The notes: generated from the sequence alone by a model not told the origin. A stretch of DNA of 64,000 nucleotides from Octopus sinensis (GCF_006345805.1 NC_043000.1:5456001-5520000), one strand, 5' to 3'. Numbered from the stretch's first letter, positions 36,821 through 51,100 are shown. Program-made: numbers and translations.

Positions 36821-39103
36821 TTGTATTTCAGAAGAATTCAGTAATATTGTTCCCTACACACAAGCGTCATTTTATTCTCGAAATTACGCAAAGTAAACGC
36901 TTAGCCGTCAGTGGCATACTTTTGAAACAAAAGCAAAACCTACTTGTTAAGGATAATGATTTATAGAGACAAATTTTTTTTATCCCCGTGTCACCTTAAA
37001 TAGACATTAATCTAGGAGACCTATGATCAGAAAGGATCTAGCAGTCGCCGTTTCATCTTTATCTGCATGAGGGATTACATAGTGAAATGAATTTAATGTG
37101 CTAGAATGTGATTTGAGGCAGATTTGACTGCTATTTCTAGCAACAAAAGCTGATTCAAATGCCAGAATATTTTTGCATCACTTAATTATGTTCCTGATAT
37201 TGGTAAAAATGGATTTGATCATTGTATAATGGGCGCGATTGTTTGATATTGACTATATGAGAGAGATCTCATCAAGCGCTTATCGTATCTGGTTATCAGT
37301 TTCACAACTATTTGATATATAGATATAGTCAAAATGAACAATAAAATTAACAATAACAAACAAGGGGACGGGCATAACACTGCATTAGTTTGACACTCAA
37401 TAAAAAGAGAGAGTTTTGGAGTTTCGAACATAGCTCTTCGTCGGAAAGGAGAAAGTAAAAAGTCCAAAGAGGAAAAGAAATCACCAACAGCATGTATGTA
37501 GTTACATTACATATATGTATGTATGTGTATGTGTATGTGTGTGTGTGTGTGTGCTTGTGTGTGAGTATGTGGGTGTATACATATACATATATATACAGTT
37601 TGTGTTACTCTGGGTTAAACGGAAAGTGAGCAGGTGAAAAGGTGTTGTAGTTTCGTTCTGGTGTGTTATTATAAACTCTGTGAGGATTGAAGTATAGGGC
37701 CCCGTGATATTTAAATTCAATATTACTCAGTTTTATTTAATGGTTTATGAGACTGTAATATAAATGTTGTTAACGATGTTGCGAAATGTATATCAGAATT
37801 CCAAAAACAATTTCTTCAACGAACACAAGTTTGTGTAGTTAAATTGTTCGTTTCGCAACCACGAAACTTAGGATTTGGTTCCAATTCGTAGCACTTTGAA
37901 CAAGTTTTTTGTTCTGTACCATCGGGGGTTGGATAATGCCTTGGCAATGAAATTTAGCCAACTGGGACGTGGTTAATGTCTAAGTAAATGTCCATGGGTA
38001 TGTATATGGAATTGTATGTAAGCGTTTTCTGCTACACCGCTTCAAATTCGACTGTCGTTTCTATTCGGTCAGTTAGCTGTTCGATGAATAGATTTTAACA
38101 AATTAAGTCACAGGCTTGAAAGTAAACAGCGTGGCCGTAACCCAGTGGCAGTAATTAGTAAAAGAATACATGACTTAAAGAACGTAGTTATATATAAAAA
38201 CAACTGTCACTGTCTTCAAAATGAGAACCATTCGAATTGAGGCCGAAGACATTGAGCGCCATATTGAATGCAGAGACCTGAATGTTTGATTGGCTGATGC
38301 TAGAGACAAGCTAAATAGCATGGTAACATCTGTTGCATCTTTCTCTCTTTACGATGATGAGAAAGACGTTATCTCACATACCATCTGGATGGCAATAATA
38401 TATTTATTTTCGGATATTATCTTTATAATATGAAATGATACTCTGTAACAATATTAAATAAATAGCTTAATGGTAAAAGGCAAAATAAGAAGATAATTGC
38501 CATGCGAAAAGAATTGTACAGTCAGAAGAAAAAAAGACATTCCTAAAATAAGAAGGCCATCGTTTATCGAGACTACTTCCCATCCAAGACATTAACTTGT
38601 CGCACAATATAACACATTAACTTGATTGACTTTTAAATGACCACCATTTTTCTAAGGAAAGCAACCTATTGGCTAAAAATCGATTGCAAGAATTCCCCAA
38701 GACTTATTAGAATACGAAACTAATTTTCTTTCTGTCTTATTTTTCTCTGAAACAAAACTGTGTTCCCACAGGAAATATTGTAAATAGCATCTTCGATTCC
38801 TGTTACTGTCTGTCAAAGCGCTGAAACAATAATAATAAAAAGAAAGCCAAATAGTTGATGAATAAAATATTTCTAGACAGATATACTGTCGATTTCTGCT
38901 TTATTATTTGTGCATTTTACTTAGTTATGTTCTGGTAAATAATCCAGCAATGCTGGATCCGAAGACGAAACCAGTAGGAAATTGGTTAAAAACGTTGGAG
39001 TCCACGTGAAGCCGATGGTAATGTCTTATCCTACTCCACATTGGGTTTTGCCTACGGGCGACGAGAAAGGAACAAGGGAAATTACAATATAACGTTATAT
39101 ATG

Positions 39104-39800
39104 TTAGTCAGTTAGTTAGTTAATTTGGCTCAAAAGCAAATAGCAAGGCCATGTAGGGGGACATGGAGTTAAGTACAGGGTGGTGTTCATGTAAAGAGGT
39201 CAGGCCACTCTTTGAACAAAGCGGTCGTCGGCATCTTCACCATCTCGTCTGGCAGCTTGTTCCACGGATCCGCAACCCGGATGGAGAAAGCTCCTCTCCT
39301 TCGTTTGAGATGAAATCGTCGCAGGTAGAGCTTTTTGGAATGACCCCGCAGCCGACGCTCTGGAGCAGGAGTGAAGAACAGCTCTTTCGAGAAGTTACAC
39401 TTTCCGCTTATGATGTTGTGGGCGAGAATGAGATCACCACGGCGGCGGCGTTTTTCAAGAGAATAAAGGTCGAGCGTCCTCAGCCTTTCTTCGTAGGACA
39501 AATTTTTGAGACCATGAACCATGCGGGTAGCCAGCTTCTGGACTCTTTCGAGATGCTGTATGTCTTTGAGGAGATAAGGAGAAGAGGCTTGAATCCCATA
39601 CCCCATATGGGTCTCACCAGCGTGACATAGAGTGGTAGGAATATGGCTGCTGTGAGCATTCCGAATGACCGTCGAATCAAGAACAGAATTCCGCGTGCTT
39701 TGTTGGCAGCATGGACGCACTGGGCCGAAGGCGAAAAGGAGTAATCCACCAAGATACCTAGGTCCTTTACCTGATCGGTCCTCTCCAGCAGCAGACGGTT
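39104..39800 (-). mobile_element. 5'-truncated CR1-clade LINE 3' end
   Basis: DLGILVD...ANKARGIL...YVTLVRP...LERVQKLATRMV...LSYEERLRTL...RRRGDLI...RGHSKKL...FSIRVADPWNKLP, followed by a (TAAC)n tail at ~39104-39121. Confidence 0.9.
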
Positions 39801-40330
39801 GAGGGCTTACATATAATGAGTCACCCGCTGGTTTGTACATTACTGGTTTCCCTTGTTACTCCGATGATTTGAGAAATTACACAAAATATGCGTGAAATGA
39901 TATAAAAAATGGAAAAACTTGAAATAACTGTTAATAATAGTTAATTTCATTTACTCATTTATTACATAGTGTCAGAACTTTCGTTGATCAGGCTATAAAC
40001 GAATTTTCCACGCTAAATTTGCTTTAGTTTCACCACACGGTTCCAATCAAATTAATTACTAGATACATTAAGCTCTGAAATCAATAATAATAAATTGTCG
40101 TTTTAAGGGATTTTAAAAATCCTTGTAATATATATGTTTCACATAAACTTTAGAGAAATACTTTTTAAGGAATATTTCTCGGGAATCCTTACAAAAATAA
40201 CTCAGCCATTATCTAATAAAAACCAGACGTACTTAATATTTTCAATATTGGAATATTAAATTGTTAAATATTTTGTCTTTTTCTAATCTTTCGAGTCTTT
40301 CCAGTCTTTGCCAGTCATTTTCCCACTTAC

Positions 40331-40400
40331 CACAAACTTCATACTACCGTCAGGAATGGTAGTAGCTATGAGCTTGCTCCATTCTTCAAGCTTTCTATTT
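40331..40400 (-). CDS. Candidate internal exon (NRKLEEWSKLIATTIPDGSMKFV)
   Basis: Acceptor ttttcttcctcttcccaccacttcag|, donor GTG|gtaagt; 70 nt open in only one frame. Confidence 0.45.
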
Positions 40401-41818
40401 CTGAAGTGGTGGGAAGAGGAAGAAAAAGCTATGAATGACTACAGTTGGGAACAGAACAGTGCACCAAGATGTCGTGTTAAGCCAAGACTGGAGACAAGAC
40501 CAAAATACATGCATCAGAAAAGACTCCGTTAAATATACCAAGGAGGATGTATTGATACGTGCATAAGTGCAGAGAACTTTAACAGAGAAACAATATAAAG
40601 CACGACCCTCCACTACACTAACAAGAACCTCTCTATTCTACAGAGAAACTGTTTTTTATACTCCTAATCTCGTTTATTACAGTGTTTAGTTAAAAAAACG
40701 CAGTATTAAATCAATCAGTGATAAATGAATAATAGAACATATGGGGGGAATAGGCTTTGGTTACGAGGCCCTAAGCTGCCCAGGGCATTGTAAACGGTCG
40801 CTAGCTCCAAGCAGAATCTTTGACTGATCGTTGACCCGTGTTATCACAGACCAGTTCCTGATATACGTAACATGGTTCACAAATGAATGTACAGTGTGTT
40901 ACTCGGATCAGCGTTGAATGAATATGTGATAAACGAGGCTAAATGTATAAGTATGTAACGTGATTTTATGAAAGGAGGAATGGTATTATAATACAAATGA
41001 AATATGACCTCCAAACATATATAGAAACTAGTTCACGTATTCAGCTCGTTGGAAACTAAATACTTCTCTGCCGAGTTCAACACTAATAGCTTAAACATTT
41101 CAAGCGTTATTGCGATTAGAAGAGAAAGCGTTTATAATATTCAGTTCAGGAGGAATTTTTATATCATTTCCTCTTAGATAAGGATCTTATCCACAAGAGA
41201 TCTTACCCTTTTTACTTATTCTGTTCATCATTTAATCAAAGAGCGAAAAGTGTCGTTCATAATCAAGCTCATATAGAAAAAGAAATGAAGTTAAACTTAT
41301 ACCAGTGATTATGTCAAAATGCTTGTAAGTGATTAGACTCCGCTAAAGCCGCCCAAGAAGAAGGTGATGTTGTTAAACCAGTCAACAGTTCTTAATTCTG
41401 TGCAGAAAATGTTATACTCATGATTTAGTACAGAAACAACTCTTGTACATAATTCAGTTTAGCATAGAGTTACGTGTGTATGTTTTAGTATTTAGGAATG
41501 CTAAATGAGAAACCAACCATGCACTTCTCTCGGTGTTTTAGCATCTTAACCTAGCAATGTTGCACCGGGCTACATGCTAAAAGTTCTATCATTACGTGAC
41601 ATCATTGCTAAAAGCTATCTACCTATTCTATTCGTGTCGTAAGAAGTGGTGAGTCGTTGAGATGCCAAACTAAATAGGAAACGGTATTTGATCTCGCTTA
41701 TAACTATAAATAAAACAAGTAGTCCTGTTGACGATTTTTGTATGCCAATAGCTTTAAATTTATGTACGTTATTTCATGTTTATGAAAATGCTTCCACTAA
41801 ACACCTACAGATGTTTGA

Positions 41819-41876
<58 letters not shown>

Positions 41877-41902
41877 TATATATATATACATACATACATA
41901 CA

Positions 41903-41987
<85 letters not shown>

Positions 41988-42042
41988 CATACATACATAT
42001 GCATATATATATATATATACATACATACATACATATGCATAT

Positions 42043-42088
<46 letters not shown>
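41819..42088. repeat. Compound CA/TA/TACA microsatellite with internal duplications
   Basis: Directly visible. Confidence 0.9.
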
Positions 42089-42090
<2 letters not shown>

Positions 42091-43965
42091 TATCTACGTA
42101 TTCTTATATATTGTTTTATTGTTTTATAAGTTTCAGCTCAAAGTTGTGGCCATGCTGGGGCATCGCTGTTTTGCTACACTATTATTATTGAGAGCCTCCT
42201 CTGATATGTGGCATTTGGTGAATAAGGGATTCTGATGTTGCTACCCTCGATTGTGCCTCCTGCCACGAGATAGGTTCATCTGGGACTCTCGACAGGGAGA
42301 GATCTAGTTTTGATCAACTTTGTGTAGGTCCCTCAGGCTCTTTGGGAGAATATTAAACAGTTGTGGGCCCCTGAAACCCAAGCCCTTGCAGTAATTGGTC
42401 CTGAAGCGCAACACTATTGCTGGGATCTTTGGCACTGTGCAGTGTCGACCCGTTCTGGCATTCGCTTAGCTTTCAATGCCAAATTTTGGGATAATCCCTT
42501 CCAGGATATTCCGGATGTATATTACTGCATATCTCTCTCGACTTCGATCAAAAGAGTAGAGTCTTAGCTATTTCAGCTTTTCCCAGTAGCTGAGCTGTTG
42601 CAATGAGACGATCTTCTTTGTGAAGCTTCACTGGATTGCTTCAAGATCCGCTATTAATTTTACGCTGTGGGATGACCATAGCTGGGTGCAGTAGTCCAGG
42701 CGGCTAAGGACAAATGTCCTCCAGAGGACCATCATGGTTTCCTTCTCTCTGGTTCTGAAGGTTCTCAGAATCCAGCCAGCCAGCCGTCTGCATTTTGTCG
42801 CCATCTTGGTAATGTGCACTTGGAAAGAAGTATTATCACTCATGTCAATACCCAGGTCCCGTATAGCTTTATGTTCTGAGATTGTAATCCCCTTTGAGCC
42901 AGTGTACCCTGTAAGTTTTACGTTCAGTTTTGGGCGCTGTTAGCGAAGGACTTGGGATTTTCCAGCATTAAACTGCTTATTGTCCTCAGCCCATTTGTAA
43001 ATTGAGTCCAATTCTTGCTGCAGGTGTGCAACATCGCTAGGGTTTTGTATTTTATGCGAGACTTTCGTATCGTCTGCGTAGCTAGCAAGGGTGGCTATCC
43101 GGGCAACTGAGGGTATATCTGAGAGGGTCACTATGAAAAGTACTGGTTCCAAGATCGTGCCCTGTGGAACACCTCTCACTCTTTGTGTTTTCTTTGAGGT
43201 GGTTCCATTAGCCACGACTGCCTGACTTCTATCTTTCAGAAAGTCATGTAACCACTCTCCAAGTTTTCCAGCTATGCCGAGATCACGCAGTTTGTGACGT
43301 ATCATACCATGATCCACTTTATCAAATGCTTTTGCAAAGTCAAGGTATATTACGTCCATATTTGAGTTGTTGAGTAACTGCCTCAACGCCCAGTCATAGT
43401 GCTGTGGGAGCTGGTTCAGGCCGCTCCCACCTGGTCGAAAACCATGCTGGGTATCACTGAGGAAGTCGTTTTCTTCAAGGAATGCGATTAGTTTCCCTCT
43501 GACTATTCGTTCCATGACTTTGCTGATGTGTGAAGTCAGATAGATAGGCCTATAATTTTTGGCATCTGCTCTGCTTCCCCCTTTATGAATTGGGCATATT
43601 ATTCCCTCTTTCAGTTTGCTTGGCAGCCTACCATTTGAAAGAAAACTCTGGAAGAGAATCTGTAGTGGTTTCGCCAGGGCACGCTTACACGATTTGCGTC
43701 CACCTCATCTAATGGTTAGTATTATATCTTCTTCACCAATGTCGATGTAAACCATCGTAACTTCCTTGCTGGTTATAGGTGATGCGGCAAAGAAATCCAC
43801 TGGTTCATTCACTTGTCTGTGTTCCAAGGGGGTTGTAAAGACACTTTTGAACTGATCATTCAGTACCTCACTGATCCTTGTTGGGTTATCTGTGAGGGAG
43901 CCATCCTTTTGGAAGAGGGTTCCATTTTGCAGAGTACTGAGTCTGCTTCTTAGATAATGAAAGGT

Positions 43966-44134
43966 ACATTATTTGCATTATTTACATTATTTACATTTGA
44001 CGGATATTTGTCCTCATCTTGTTTGTTGTTAACACAACGTTTCGGCTGATATACTCTCCAGCCTTCATCAGGTGTCTTGGGGAAATTTCGAACCTGGGTT
44101 CTCATTCCTAAGATATTTTTCGATGTTGTTGTTG

Positions 44135-44206
<72 letters not shown>

Positions 44207-44578
44207 TCACTGCCTGGAATCGAACTCGGAATCTTGGGGTTAGTAACCCGCGCTCTTAACGACTACGCCAAATACCCACGGTCATTTGATGTTGTGGCGT
44301 AGTCGTTAAGAGCGCGGTCTACTAACCCCATGATTTCGAGTTCGATTCCAGGCAGTGACCTGAATAATAATAACAACAACAGCAACATTGAAAAGTACTT
44401 TAGGAATGAGAACCCTGGTTCGAAATTTACCCAAGTCACCTGATTAAGGCTGGAGGGTATATCAGCCGAAACGTTGTGTTAACAACAAACAAGATGAGGA
44501 CAAATATCCGTCAAAAATAAATAATGTAAATAATGCAAATAATGTACATAATTCCTCATCTCTTAAATATAGAACTGT
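43966..44578. mobile_element. Head-to-head inverted tRNA-head/(AAT)n/Penelope-like element with 12-bp TSD
   Basis: TSD ataatgaaaggt at 43954-43965 and 44579-44590; arms ~43966-44270 (minus) and ~44295-44578 (plus) are reverse complements. Confidence 0.85.
44031..44076 (-). ncRNA. Minimal type I hammerhead ribozyme motif (Penelope-associated type)
   Basis: gacac CUGAUGA a ggcug..cagcc GAAA cg U U guguu: intact core, stem II, stem I gacac/guguu, palindromic AACGUU stem III. The plus-arm copy (44435-44480) has core CUGAUUA. Confidence 0.55.
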
Positions 44579-45504
44579 ATAATGAAAGGTCATTTCTTTC
44601 TCCTTCACATAGGATTGTTGCAGGCTGTTTTCAATTTTGAAGCAATTTGCCACCTCTGTCCGTCGACTCATGAGGATCTTCCTCTCCTTTGGAATCTTGT
44701 TCTTATTTGTGTTGGCCTTGTGCCCTGCAACATTTTGCTCGCATATGGTTTGCATAACAGACATGAAATATTCTAGTTTCATGCCAATGTCTGGTGTCGG
44801 CCAGTCCTGTCTGAGGATCTCTTTTTAGATAGCTTTCCAGTCTGTTTTGTGGAAGTTCAGATTGGAGAGATTTGGGGTTTCTTTTAGGATGTATGTCTCC
44901 TTGACACGAACTTTTTACACGCTAAAAAGGACAATTAAACCCAAACCACGAAAAAATAATTCTTAAGGCATGCTGTCAAAATTCTCCTCACTATGTATAA
45001 ATCTTTATACACTCTTCTATATAAAAATATGTTATGCCTTATGACTTTTATTACGCATGTGAACCACTGGTAATAAATTATTTATTTTAATTTTTTACCC
45101 TCATAAGTTATACAGTAAAATTGTCCAATTCTGACGCTATATACTATACAGGTTAAACTTATTCAATGCTGGGCTATTTGACTACGCTACGGCACAAATT
45201 TGCATGCATAAAGTATAAAGATGGACCTGTCTTGAACACGTGTTTTCGGTACGTATTAAAGGTACATAGTTATGCATACTTTAGTGACCCCACTGAAGAA
45301 CTACGGAGGACAAATTAATTTAGTTGGTTATTAATAGAGAAACTTGAGTATGAGATTGACTAAATTTTTGTTTTATTCATTCAAGTGCCATTAACAGCGT
45401 GCCTTAAGAGTTATTTTTCGTGGTTTGGCTTCACTGCCATTTTTAGCATGTAAGAAGTCCTGCCAAGGGTCTTCTCTCTGAGTATAACTCTTTATACATT
45501 CTTA

Positions 45505-45635
45505 TATATATTCATTCATATATATATACTTATATATATATATATATATATATATTCATAAGCGGCGCATATATATATGTGTATATATGAATATATGTAT
45601 ATACATATATACTCATATTTATATAAATATGTACA

Positions 45636-45726
<91 letters not shown>

Positions 45727-46020
45727 TATATATATTATATATATATATATATTCATATATATATACATATATATATATATACATATATATAAATATGTAT
45801 ATATATATATATATATATTCATAGTTATATACATATACTCATATTTATATATATATATATATATTCATATTTATATATATATATATATTCATGTATTATA
45901 TATATATTCGTATATATATATTCATATTTATCTATATATATATATTTTCATATATATGTATATACATACATATATATATATGTATGTATACATAATATAT
46001 ATTTATATACACACACATAT
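45505..46020. repeat. Degenerate (TA)n microsatellite
   Basis: Directly visible. Confidence 0.9.
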
Positions 46021-47232
46021 ACTTGTTTGTACTTGTGTGCGTGTGTGTGCGAGTGTGTGCGTGTGTGTGCGCGTGAGTATGTTTGCAGGCATTTTTATGC
46101 ACGTATGTTTTTACATGAATGCATTGTGTGTAAATAAGATCCTCGGTTGCTCTAAATATCTGAGAAGTGTAAAGGTAGAGAGAAAACAACAACGACGTCA
46201 ACAGCCGGACATATTTGCTGAACATCTGAAAAACATGAAGTTAGCAGTTGATTGAAGAATTTACGTCGAGAATGCTTAATAATTAGTTGTCTTATGCAAG
46301 TGCAAATAATAATAAGGGTAATAAAGAGTGGAAGACCAAACTAGACGTGGGATGAGAGAAGGAAAGAGAAGCAAAGAAAAGCAACGTCTACTTTAGCAGC
46401 GAATTTCTCTTGTACATGATTTACGTAGAAGAAAAGCTATCGAGTCGGCCATATTTACTAGATATCAGTTTTAGAATTCAGTACATTCTACTTGCGAAAC
46501 ATCTTCAATACAGTTGTCTCATGCTGAGTAGTGTAGTGTCAGTACAATGCGGCCGTTTGCTTATGTAAGAAATGTATACTCTAAGTACATAGGTAGTGTG
46601 CTTTTTAGAGATAGAGGTGGGCTACTGACATCTCGATGCTGCTATCCGGTTTCGATTCTTGAAAGATAGAAAAATTTGTTTACGCTATTAATATTCTTGA
46701 GAAAAAACGATGAACGTATCAGCATCTCTTTATATTAAAATATAGGGTTTTCAAGTTCTATCAAAGAGAGACTCGTATTATGCGTGTGTGATTGTGTGTG
46801 TGTGTGTGTGTGTGCGTGCGTGCATGTGTTATTAAGCGCTGTAGATTAACGGTAATCGTCCGGTGTTGTTTGGTGGGTTGCAATTTGAGACAATAATAAA
46901 ATGTTTTATGATACTAACGTATGTTGGCGCCTGTGGAATATGCAAGCCAAAATAGCTTGTGCTACTGTTGCATGCTTCACAATATTGAGGACGCAAGTTC
47001 GATCCTACTGCGCGATTAGTTGGGCGAGTCTTTTTATGTTATTTTATTTTTTTAACCGATAGGTCCAGACAACTGAATTAATATATATATTATTATCTAG
47101 TGTAACAATTAAAAATGATAATAGCAGAATCAATAATATACGTGATTGCAGGCCCAAAAAAGTATTGAATAGCTGAAGGATTAAAATTAATCAAAGGACA
47201 CACACACACACACGCACACGCACACGCACACA

Positions 47233-47264
<32 letters not shown>

Positions 47265-47273
47265 CGTACATAC

Positions 47274-47317
<44 letters not shown>

Positions 47318-48119
47318 TATATATATATTTAAATTGTTCACAATGTTGGATGATTTTAAACTTGGATTAAATGTCAAACGATATTTTATTTCCGAATCCC
47401 TTCGTTGACTGCTAAGACCTGACCACTGCCAATATTCCCTTTCACCACTCAAGTATCAACGAAATAAACAATACCAATGTTCTTACCATGAGTCACTATG
47501 CCATAAGATGACGACTTGGCAAAATCATTAGAGCGTCGGATAAAGTGCATTATTGATTCATATTCTTTGCATTATGAATTCAGATCTAGCTTTGTTTTTT
47601 ACGTGGTCGATAAGTAAAGTGCGGTTCAGTATTGTGGTTAATTCTTCATTCTCGCTGGAAGAAATCGGTTGTCTTTGGTCTTGCAAAGAAATAGGTGACA
47701 TCCTAGCGAAATGCCTAAGATACGCCGCGCGCCACAACATCCCCTCCAAGAATTACGGATTCAAGAATAGGAAGGGCACACACTTCTCCAAAAATACTTC
47801 GTCCCATGTAAAAGGAAAGAAAAGAAAAAAAAAATACTTTCTGACAATTATTGAAGAGCAGCTTAGCGCACAAGATTAAATCTTGGTATACACTCTTTTT
47901 GTGATTCTTTGGATTCTACGCGGTTTGAAGCTATTTCATTTATCTTACACCAAAACCATTCGATTCCTTTCTAGCTTGAGTCATATCACACGATTTACGT
48001 CACAAACGTACTTTGTAAGATTCATGAAAATTAAAATCTTTTCATTCTAGCCTCCCTTAAAATCTTAAAATCGACTTTTCAGATAAAACTTATATTCTAT
48101 TATTTGGGCTTACAAAAAA

Positions 48120-51100
48120 AAAAAAAGGTGCCGTGCGAGCAGAATTGCTAACACACGGGATAGGCATGTGGCATTTCATCCGTCTTAACGTCCTAAGTAC
48201 AAATTCCGCCGAGGTCGACTTTACCTTTCATCTCTTTAGGGGTCATACAAATACCAGTTGAGCACTGGGGATTAATGTAATCGAGTTACTCCCGAAATTG
48301 CTGGCCTTGTGCCGAAATTTGAATCCATTACTTGTGTTCGCAGGAAGATGGCTAATTTGTGAATGCAATTAATAGTGGGACACAATACCCTGCGGTGATT
48401 GCACTGACTTTTTATGTTTTGAGTCCAAACTCCGACAACGTGAACTTTACTTTCATCGGCCCAGAGTCTCGATAGAATAAATACCAACCAAGAGTGAAAA
48501 CGATATATTTCACTTCCCTTCCACCCAATTTGTATGTCCGATTTAATCGACATAATTATTATAATTCTTTCTATTATAGGCACAAGGCTTGAAATTTTGG
48601 GAGAAGGGGATAATCGATTACATCAACTCCAGCCATCAACTAGTACTTTTTCATTGACCCCGAAAGGATGAAAGGCAAGATCGACTTCGGCGAAATTTGA
48701 ACTCAGAACGCAAGCGAAATACCTATTTCTTTACTACCCACAAGGGGCCAAGCACAGAGAGGACAAACAAGGACAGACAAACGGATTAAGTCGATTATAT
48801 CGACCCCAGTGCGTAACTGGTACTTAATTTATCGACCCCGAAAGGATGAAGGGCAAAGTTGACCTCAGCGGAATTTGAACGCAGAAAGTAGCGGTAGACG
48901 AAATACTGCTAAGCATTTCGCCCGGCGTGCTAACGTTTCTGCCAGCTCGCCGCCTTCTACTTAATTCTGATAATACTAAATTCAAATCGTGTTTCTCTAA
49001 AGAGGAAAAAAAATAATACTAAGTAAATAAAACAATATCTTACATATGAATGAATATAAGTTCTGAAAACTATAATAAACTTTCGATCTGGTTCTAATAC
49101 TCTGTTGAAACCATCTTCCCATTTTAGATATAACCTTTTTAAAGGCATTACAAATCTTATCTCACCTCAGCCTTATAGAGTATTGCACCAATGTAAAAAC
49201 ACCAAATTTTGCTGTGGAAAATGAGAGATATGAATGAGATATGAACCTAAGACACCAACATTCATTATAATCCTTTCTACTATAGGCACAAGGCCTGAAA
49301 TTATGAGGGAGGGGGCAAGTTGATTACATCGACTCCAGTGTTTCACTGGTACTTAATTTATCGACGCCGAAAGGATGAAAGGCAAAGTTGACTCCGGAGG
49401 AATTTGAACACAGAACGTAAAGACGGACGAAATGCAGCTATGTATTTTGGTCAGCGTGCTAATGACTCAGCCAGCTTGTCGTTATATTTATGATAATAAT
49501 GATAATCCTCTCTACTACAGGCACTAGGCCTGAAATTTTGTGGCGGTGGGGCAAGTCGATAGCATATCCCCTGGCATTCAACTAGTATTTATTTTATCGA
49601 CACCAAAACGATGAAAGACAAAGAAGACCTCGGCGGACCTGAACTCAGAACGGAAAGACGGGCAAAATAGCATGCCAGACGAAATGCTTGTCAGCATTTC
49701 GTCCGGCGCCTTAACAACTCTACCATCTCACCACCTTATTTATAACAATAATAAAATAGGTTTCAAATTTTTGGCACAAGACCAGCAATTTTTTATTTGG
49801 AGGTGGGAAAGTCAATTACATCGACCCCAGTACCAAATGGTGCTTATTTTGTCGACCTCCGAAAGGATGAGTGGCAAAGTCAACTTCGGCGGAATTTGAA
49901 CTCAGAACTTAAAGACGGACGAAATGCTTTGCCGCGTTTCGCCCGGCGTGCTATCAACTCCAGCCGCTCACTGCCTTATTTATAACAATGATAATATAAA
50001 TATTTGTAAAACAATAAATTTGCAATGCTACAACGTTTATTTACTACTGATGACCTATTTAAAAGATTTGAAGACATTTTCTGAAAGACGAACGCTATTC
50101 ATGCTTGTTTATTATTCTACAGATCAATTCTTCTTCAAGTGCAACAGCAAATAACGTTTTTCAGATGCCAAGCGATTAAAAACTTGGCAACGATCAACAA
50201 GGAAACAGTGGAAGATTGACTATTACAAACATCGTTCTGACAATTGAAATCTCAATGCAAAAGGAAATAGTTTTTGATGAACGTATTATAAACATAAGAT
50301 TATATTTAGAGAATTCGTTATATTTCTAATTTGAGCTCAACAATAAATTTATATTAAACATTATATTTAAAAACAATTTTACAAGAGCAAAAAAAATCAA
50401 TTTTCATTTACTGTGTTATTTATATTTTTATTTCAAATATTTCTTAAGGATAATTTAAAACTAATTTTGTAGAAATATACATCATTAGTATTGGCAGGCA
50501 CCAGAGATCAAGAATTAAGCTTCTGGTAAGGCGATACCAAATATTCTATTTCTATTCTTGATTGGTACCGAATAAAAGTCACAACGTCACAGATCAAAAC
50601 GAAATGATACCACGTTCATCGTGTCGGTTTCCAGCAGGTGGAGCAGCAGTGAAAGCAACGAGCGCAGCCGGCACCTCCAAAACAAACCAATAAAAATTCA
50701 CTTAGGCGTTGCGCCAGAAAACAGAAACTAATATATACAAATAAAATGGCAGCGAGATGGAGAGAATCGTTAGAATGCTGGGCAATGTTTAATAGCATTT
50801 CTTCTCGCTTCACATTTTGAATTCAAATTCTTCTGAGGCCGACTTTGCTTTTCATATTTTCGGAGTCGATATTATAATAAGTAACAGTTGAGCCGATCAG
50901 GCCTTGTGACTATAGTAGATAGAAATGTATACGAATAGCAATTGTAATGAGCGTTATTGATTGAGATTTAAGCGATGCGGTTTCTATACCTGATGAGGAC
51001 AAATCACTTTAAGTATGCTAACTTTTCATTTCTAGTCGTTTAAACAAAGATAAGGTCTTTGAGCCCCGTCTGAAAGAAGAAAAGTAACTTAGATAAAAAA

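Larger units (their letters stand above)
42115..44912 (-). mobile_element. Decayed CR1-clade LINE (ORF2 linker, RT domain, C-terminus and 3' tail), interrupted at 43966-44578
   Basis: LNFHKTDW...NKIPKERKILM...; QHGFRPG, DVIYLDFAKAFDKVDH, GVPQGTILEP, YADDTK; DLGID, SRLDYC.QLWS; C-terminal VPDEP; stop at 42185-42187. Confidence 0.92.

Noticed and set aside
38948-39018. Candidate plus-strand exon
   Set aside because: Weak pyrimidine tract and several equally plausible frames.
44295-44355. tRNA gene calls for SINE heads (also 9423, 33887, 52000)
   Set aside because: A and B boxes are present but there is no complete cloverleaf, and each continues into a repeat body.
46120-46230. Strong-looking minus-strand acceptors
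   Set aside because: No convincing donor; the frame runs into microsatellite.
47487-47560. Minus-strand segment MHFIRRSNDFAKSSSYGIVTH ending at a GTAAGA donor
   Set aside because: No good acceptor and not phase-compatible with the 40331-40400 candidate without an unseen exon.
50635-50693. Possible plus-strand terminal exon (GGAAVKATSAAGTSKTNQ*) with overlapping AATAAA
   Set aside because: Short, modest acceptor and no independent support.
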